A program made the translations under genes and the position numbers. From Scyliorhinus canicula (lineage: Eukaryota): 64,000 bases of DNA. Below the pieces are notes generated by a model. The model saw nothing but the letters and a program-made list of their open reading frames with translations, was not told where the DNA came from and ran no database searches. The stretch lies in the NCBI RefSeq assembly GCF_902713615.1, contig NW_024056028.1, forward strand, positions 1-64,000. The letters run 5' to 3'. Below, piece by piece: positions 57,086 to 64,000 of the stretch (the first letter of the stretch is position 1; every line of letters begins with the position of its first letter).

Positions 57086-58402
57086 GGCTGCAAAACATCA
57101 GAGATAGAGTTTGTTGTGAAACCAGTGGGATATTGTAAAACAGGAGGTCAGGGTTACAGTCAACAACAACAACTTCTATTTATATAACACATTTAACATC
57201 ATAAATCCTGTGAAGTTGACTGGGATGATTTATGAGGTTTAGGGCGGGAATTCAGTGCTTGGGGCCGAGGGAACTTAAAACCATGGCGGAGTAATTAGAA
57301 TCGGAAATGGACAAGAGTCCAAGATCAGATCTGTGCAGATATCTCAGGGGGTTGTGGAGCTGGAGGAGATGACAGACACAGGGAGAGACGAGGCCATGGA
57401 GCGGTTTGAAAACAAGGGTGAGAATTGACTGGGAGAGAATGCAAGTCTCGGAGCACAGAGATCATAGAGGAAAGGAACTTGCTGTGAATTAAGACATGGG
57501 TAGTAGACTTTTGGATGGCTTTAAGTTTCAGAGGGAGAATGTGGGAGAGCAGCCAGGTGTGTAATGGAATTGTCGAATTGGGAGGTGACAATGGTAAATT
57601 GCCTCTGTATCTATAAAGGTTAGGTGGGGTGACCGGGATAGGTGGATGTGTGGGCTTAGCTGGGATGCTCTTTCCAAGGGCCGGTGCAGACTTGATGGGC
57701 CGAATGGCCTCCTCCTGCACTGTAAATTCTATGAGGTCAGAAGCTCATATTGGATCAAGTTTGAAACAAAGTTTACAAAGAGACTGGCTAAGTCTCAGAC
57801 TGTTGCCATGGAGAAGGATGGAGTCGGTATGTCAGGAATGAAGGTTGGAGCAGGGACTTTAGAGTGGATTCAGTCTTCTCCATATTTGATTCAAATTATT
57901 TAGTCAGCAGGAAGAGAACCAGAATGGACCCTGAGTCTGATATCCGGTATAACTTAGTTCGAGAGGAAGAACAAAGGAAACCCTGGAAGATTTGGAGAAA
58001 CGACCTTTGCAATTGTTCATCAAATCTCCACACAGTCATTTCTGGACACAAGTTATTCTGTCTGCTCAGTCAGGGTGATTCAGATTAATATCTGTCACAA
58101 GTCATGGATGAAGTGACTTATAAAGCATATTCTTAGCTCTAATTATTTAAATTTGGTAACAGGATACAGAAATAATGATCTAATACTTTGTTTGGATTTC
58201 AGCCCCAGAGGGAGGGGGGAGAATGTGTGGGACGGGGATTTACAGCTTTGGGGACAGAAGAGAGAAAAAAGTGTTCCCCAGAAACTGGAATTAACTGTTC
58301 TGAATTTCTAACCTGGACTGATAGTGGTGGCCTTTGTAAACTCCTTTTACATTGAATGAGACAGGATTTACAGACAGGAAACACAAACCAAATATCACAT
58401 GA

Positions 58403-58778
58403 CTACAGCCTCAACCGGGACCTAGGATTTATGTTGCATTACATTCACCCTCCCACTATCTGTCCTGCTCTCATGAAATCCGACCAACTGTGCTGGCTTG
58501 AGACAATTCACACCCCTCTTTAATCTGTGATTATCCCTCTCTCCAGTCGCACCATCTGGACCTGTAAAGACTTAATTGCCTGCAAAGACTCAAATTACCA
58601 TCTTGCATCATTGAATTTTTCTATATATGTTTGTGAACCCACCTCTTCATTTACCCGTGGAAGGAGCTGCGCTCCAAAAGCTAGTGATTTGAAACAAACC
58701 TGTTGGGACTTTAACCTGGTGTTGTAAGACTTCTTACCATGCTCACCCCAGTCCAACGCTGGCATTGCCACATCATGT
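58403..58778 (+). mobile_element. Penelope-like 3' end with pseudo-LTR and tail
   Basis: ctcaaccgggacctaggatttatg..ggaaggagctgcgctccaaaagctagtg..gtaagacttcttac..gcattgccacatcatg. Confidence 0.8.
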
Positions 58779-58789
58779 ATGGGAAGCAT

Positions 58790-58980
58790 TTAGGGCAGCA
58801 CATGGCATGGCAGTGGTCAGCATTGCTGCCTACGGTGCTGAGGACCTGGGTTCGAATCCCAGCCCTGGGTCACTGTCTGTGTGGAGTATGCACATTCTCC
58901 CCGTGTCTGTGTGGGTTTCACCCCCACAACCCAAAGATGTGTGAGTTAGGTGGATTGGCCACGCTAAATTCCCCCCCCCC
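58790..58980 (+). mobile_element. HE1/V-SINE
   Basis: gggcagcacatggc head, V-domain, ccccacaacccaaagatg. Confidence 0.82.
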
Positions 58981-59011
58981 CACTAAATTTCTTTTAAATA
59001 AATGCATTTAA

Positions 59012-59083
59012 TGCTTCTGCCAGTTTCGAACGAGGCACCTTTCGCACGTTAGGCGAATGTAAAAACTGATGTACTGCAGAAAC
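59012..59083 (-). pseudogene. Highly decayed tRNA-Val(AAC) pseudogene with the same upstream flank as the 33.5-35.0 kb copies
   Basis: tgcttctgccagtttcgaacgaggcacctttcgcacgttaggcgaatg..gcagaaac, followed by ~190 bp of homologous flank. Confidence 0.7.
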
Positions 59084-60084
59084 AGTTGGCAGTGCAGTAC
59101 CCAATGGCCCTGTGCAACGTTCAACTGCACAGTCTTGCTGCAGCTTTCAATGGTTCGGCTGGGAGGCCATGTCACTGATTACATGAAGACAGCTGTTCCT
59201 TTAAAACCGATTTCTCAACTTGTAAGACCATAAGATATCGGACTTATATTGAACTTTAGCGTTTGTTCAGCAAATATCTAACGGAACAATGTTTTCTGTT
59301 CAATCATTAATGCATCATGCTTATCTTCCACCAATTCTACTCAATATGTTTTGTTATTCAATGTTGAACGTCAGTTTATTTATTTGTTATAAATGACTTC
59401 ATTTTGAATTGAATAGCTCTCGAGTCTTCACTCTGAATAACTCTGAAATATACACCATTGAATTGCAAACATGACTGACCAAGAAAAGAAAGCGTTTCAC
59501 CGGGTAACAGAAATCCCATGAATCTTTGTTCAGTTTGACCACAGTCAGCTTTTAAACAAAGTGAAATATCGTTAAATGGAAGTGAATTGTGAATTATGTG
59601 TGCTCATATTTGACCCCTCTGTGTTTTGCTGTGAAATATTCTGCAGCCTAAATACCGTTTATTATAAGAAAGGAGGGGTGACAGCAAATCCGCACTGAGC
59701 CTGGATTTCCTCATCTCCCTCAGTGGCTTTTCCTGATTCTCTATCATGAAGACTGAATTTTTCAAAAAGGTGGTTCAGTTAAATCTCTGCTATTTCCTCC
59801 ATTTCAGTTCTGTCTATATGAGCATACATTACCATTCGATATGTTTTGGATGGTGATTAAAATATTAATTTGCGTCTACAAAGCCATTAAATTCTTTTGT
59901 AAACTGAGCAAACTGCCAAGATCCGCACTTTGTTTTTCCATGTATGGAACGATCTGTCTGGACTGTACGCAGAACAATACTTTTCACTGTACCTCGGTAC
60001 ACGTGACAATAAATCAAATCCAATTAAAGAGAGTTTCTTACTCGTATTCAGATTGAGCAATGAGCCGCCTTAAAAATTATTCAT

Positions 60085-60410
60085 TCATGGGAGGTGGGGG
60101 TCACTGGCTGGACCAGCATTTACTGCTCATTCCAATTGCCCTTGAACTGTGTGTCTTGTGAGGCTATTTCAGAGGGCACTTACAAATCAACCACAACATT
60201 GCTGCGGATCTGGAGTCACGTGTAGGCCAGGCCACGTAAGGAGAGATTTCCTGAAGGACATTAGTGAACCAGATGCGTCATTAGACTTTTAAGTTGAGAC
60301 TTTTATTCAATTTCATTATCTGTCACAGGCAGATTCGATCCCAGATCATTAACCTGGGTCTCTGGATTACTAGCCCAGTAACAATACCATTACACCACTG
60401 CCCAGCCCAC
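60085..60410 (-). mobile_element. SacSINE1/DeuSINE-like SINE
   Basis: gcggatctggagtcacgtgtaggccagg..ctgaaggacattagtgaacc body; reverse head ctctggattactagcccagtaacaataccattacaccactgcc. Confidence 0.6.
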
Positions 60411-62646
60411 ATAGTCTTGGCAGAATATGATGTCTTGTAACTTCTCAAAATTATAAAGCAATTTATTTTTTCAAACAAATTCAGATACCTCTGCAGTTTC
60501 TGGAAACAGTTTGGTTGATGATGTTTGTTTTTTAAATGAAGATCTCGCCTTTACAATATAATTACCTAATACACCAATTCACGAATGATAATCAATGTTC
60601 CTACTGAATAATCATTAATTTAATTGCTGTTTTTGCTATGAAATCAATATATAGTTAATATAGAAAAGGTACAAAAGGTGAAATGGCTGCAGGAAGCCAC
60701 ATGTTCGAGGTATAAAAGGGCTTCCTTGACCTTGTTACTAATGACAGGGAATACAATATGAAAATAACAATTTTAAAACTAAATGTGATTACACATGTGT
60801 ACTTACAGCTTCCTACATTACAACAAAGAATATGATTTAAAATACTCCATTGGCTTTAAAACACTTTAGAAGTCAAGTGGCAGTGAGGTTTTATAGAAAT
60901 GTACATTTATTCTAATTGTTCATAAATTAGGATATATTACACTTGGTGTCCTCACCATAATCATTGATAAAGATTTGAGTCTTAATTTTGTGTGAGAACC
61001 AAGGTGTTGACACCATTTTGAATACTCTATGAAACTCCAGACACACCATCTGCACAATTATTTGTTGTAAAACACAGCGAGTTGTTGTGATTTGGAATGC
61101 ACGTTCCAGAAATGGTGCTGGAATCTCATTGGACTGTAACTTCCAAAAGGGAATTTAGTACATTCTGAAAAAGAAAACAAAATAGTTGAACTATGGGATT
61201 AAATGGGTCGCTGTACAAAGAACTGGCACAGGGAAAAATAGGCCAAATAGACTCTTCTGTGCTCTAGGAGCCCTGTGTACATATAAAGCGAGTGGTAACA
61301 ACCTGGAACCTACTACCTATGAGGGTAGGAGATGCAGAGATGATGGAAGGATTTCAATAGGAAATTGGACAGGCACTGAGAGAAATAAACCCACAGGGAT
61401 TCAGGGATAGAACGGGGCAATGGACAGACTGGCTTCCTCCACAGGGAGCCAACACGGTCCCAAAGGGCTGAATGGCCCCATTCCCCACCCTCCAGATGCT
61501 GTGATCTCAGGAGAGAAATTCAGCTGCTCCAGTCACTCCAACTAACTGGAGTCCCTCATCTCTGGTGCCATTCTTGTAAATGTTCTTTACACCCTAAGAA
61601 CTTCACGTTTTTCCCAAAATGTGGGGCCCATATATAGGGTTCCATTCTAGAGGGATAGAATTGAAAAGCACGGAGGAAATGTTCAACTCGATTAGAACCA
61701 GGGTTCGACTACACTGGGAGCTCTGTCAACATTGGTGATCTCCGTTTAGGAAAAGGAAATAGAGGCACTGGATAAGGTGCAACAAAGATTCATAATATAC
61801 AGAACTGAGAGCACTTAACACTCAGGAAAGGCTGGGGCTGCTTTTTTCTGGAAAAGAGAAGACTGATGGAAGTATTTGAGATTATGAAGGGATTCAATAA
61901 TCCAATAGGAGTTTCAGTAGAAACCTCTTTACCCGAGTGGTGAGAATGTGCAACTTGCTACCACAGTGACTGGTTGAGGTGAACAGCATGAATCCATTGA
62001 ACGTAAAGCTAGAGACATACACAGAGGGAGAAAGGAATAGAGGGAGATGCTGATGGAGGGAGATGAAGAGGATCATGTGGAGCATAAATATTGACAGAGA
62101 CCATGGCTAACCTCAGCTGGTATGGGAATTTAACCTGTGCTGCTGGTGTAACTCAGCACAAACCAGCCATCAGAGCTAACCGATCCGAGTGTAAATCTGT
62201 AATAATTCCTTAAATATTAATGATTGCCTGTCTCCACCATACTGTTTAATGTTGTTCCCCAGTGCACTTCAGACAACGTGCCCCTCATACCCCGATAGAT
62301 TTCTTCTGTGAGAAGCACCAAGATCAATTAAACAGAAGAACCATGTTACCACAATAGCCCATCTTCATGGCAATGTGGCATGATTTTGGGGTTCCAAACA
62401 GAAATGGTAATGAAACATCTTCGAACCTCCAAACACCCTTTCACTCTTTGATCCTTGTGAAATGTGAAACCAGATATTCGCAAGAAGGCTCAGAGAGAAT
62501 CAGCCCACTGGAGACAAAGTCATAGACCGGCCAGTCCAGCAGAAAGAAACCCTCTGACCATCCCCATTGACCAACGGAATGAACAAAATGCAGTCCTGGA
62601 TGCAATGGAGAACAGAAACAATAACAGCAGAATCCAATCCCTGTAA

Positions 62647-62781
62647 TCAGTTGTGAACTTGTTGGTGTCTCAGGAAGTGCGATGAATTACAAAATCCCTT
62701 CGCACATTGAGAGCAGGTAAACGGCCTCAGCCCAGAATGAACTCCCTGGTGTGACTGCAGACGGCATAACCAAGTGAATCG
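62647..62781 (-). pseudogene. 3'-terminal fragment of a fourth C2H2 zinc-finger gene (ZNF-D), abutting CR1 sequence
   Basis: [44 protein letters not shown], followed by the conserved LQGLDSAV block. Confidence 0.75.
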
Positions 62782-62789
62782 CGCAAATA

Positions 62790-64000
62790 GACGTGAACGG
62801 GTGTGAGATAATCGGGGTTATGGAGACATGGCTGCAGGGTGACCAGGGATGGGAACTGAATATATTCAGTATTTAGGAAGGACAGACAAAAAGGAAAAGG
62901 CAGTGGAGTGGCAGTGCTGGTTAAAGAGGAAATTAATGCAAAAGTGAGGAAGGATATTAGCTCCGACAATGTGCAATCTGTATGGGTAGAGCTGAGAAAA
63001 ACCAAGGGGCACAAACAGTGAAGTGGATAGTCAGAGACTTTTTCCCAGGGTAGAGGGGTCAATTACTTGAGGGCGTAGGTTTAAGGTGCGAGGGGCAAGG
63101 TTTAGAGGAGATGTACGGGGTGAGTTTTTTATTTTTAAACAGAGGGTAGTGGATGCCTGGAACTCGCTGCCGGAGGTGGTGGTGGAAGCAGGGACGATAG
63201 TGACGTTCAGGGGCATCTTGACAAATACATAGATGGGATGGGAATAGAAGGATACGGACCCCAGAAGTGCAGAAAATTTTAGTTTAGATGGGCAGCATAG
63301 TCGGCACAGGCTTGGAGGGCCAAAGGGCCTGTTACCATGCTGGTCCTTTCTTTGTTCTTTTGTCGCTAAGCATGCAGGTACAGCAGGCAGTAAAGAAGGC
63401 AAATGGTGTGCGAGCCTTCATTACGAGTGGATTAGACTACAGGAGCAGGAATATCTTGCTGTCATTATACAGGGCCTTGGAGAGGCCATACCTGGAATAT
63501 TGTGAGCAGTTTTGGCCTCCTTATCTGAGGAAGGACGTTCTTGCTCAAGAGGGAGTGCAGCGGTTTTCCAAGCTGATTTCTGGGATGGTGGGACTGACGT
63601 ACGAGAGATTGAATCAGTTAGGATTGTATTCGCTGGAGTTCAGAATATTGGGGCCGGGGGGATCTCATAGAAACCTATAATATTCCAACAGGGTAGAGAG
63701 GGCTGGTTTAGCTCAGTGGGCTAAACAGCTGGTTTGTGTTGCAGAACAAAGCCAGCAGCACGGGTTCAATTCCTGTACCAGCTTATCCGAACAGGCTCCG
63801 GAATGTGGTGACTAGGGGCATGTCACAGTAACTTCATACTTGTGACAATAAAAGATTATTATTATTATTAGATGCAGGTAAGATTTTCCCGATGATGGGA
63901 GTGTACAGAACCAGAGGTCGCAGTCTGAGAATATGAGGTAGACCATTTAGGACCATTTAGACATGAGGAGTAATTTCTTCAACCGGAGAGTGGTGAGTCT
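62790..64000 (+). mobile_element. Mosaic of CR1 fragments (endonuclease, 3' tail, RT C-terminus) with a short SINE at 63700-63869
   Basis: agtggcagtgctggttaaagag..gtatgggtagagctgagaaa; RPYLEYCEQFWPPYLRKDVLA motif. Confidence 0.75.

Noticed and set aside
59280-61100. AT-rich, apparently unique sequence examined for exons
   Set aside because: No ORF, splice pattern or RNA structure could be supported.
790-63869. Many tRNA-like A/B-box sequences (ggttcgattccc)
   Set aside because: They are SINE heads, lack a cloverleaf and continue into V-domain or SINE tail sequence.

Overview
Repeat-rich vertebrate genomic DNA, not prokaryotic; there is no CRISPR array. The HE1/V-SINEs, SacSINE-like SINEs, CR1 LINEs and the style of the TCR V and zinc-finger genes point to a cartilaginous fish, probably a catshark-type shark (inference). 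One sized gap lies at 14854-15176. Genes: three + strand T-cell receptor alpha/delta-type V segments at 28.7-31.8 kb (one intact, one with a single-base frameshift, one decayed); a small tRNA cluster at 32.4-34.8 kb (a Pro-TGG gene with a 10-nt anticodon-loop insertion, plus Val and Arg pseudogenes); and a cluster of C2H2 zinc-finger genes with no visible effector domain at 42-63 kb, with shared CpG-rich promoter modules. No J or C segment was found. Strongest oddities: a Harbinger-type MITE inserted head-to-head into its own internal target site; Penelope-like insertions carrying minimal hammerhead motifs, one with its inversion junction exactly at the predicted self-cleavage site; a perfect 454-bp palindrome with a target-site duplication (TSD); a 139-bp TGT..ACA hairpin element with a 4-bp TSD; a candidate intron-containing tRNA-Pro; and TCR V segments whose recombination signals (RSSs) face a tRNA/ZNF cluster. 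Boundaries of decayed repeats are approximate (about 10-30 bp). All family names come from visual recognition, not database searches.
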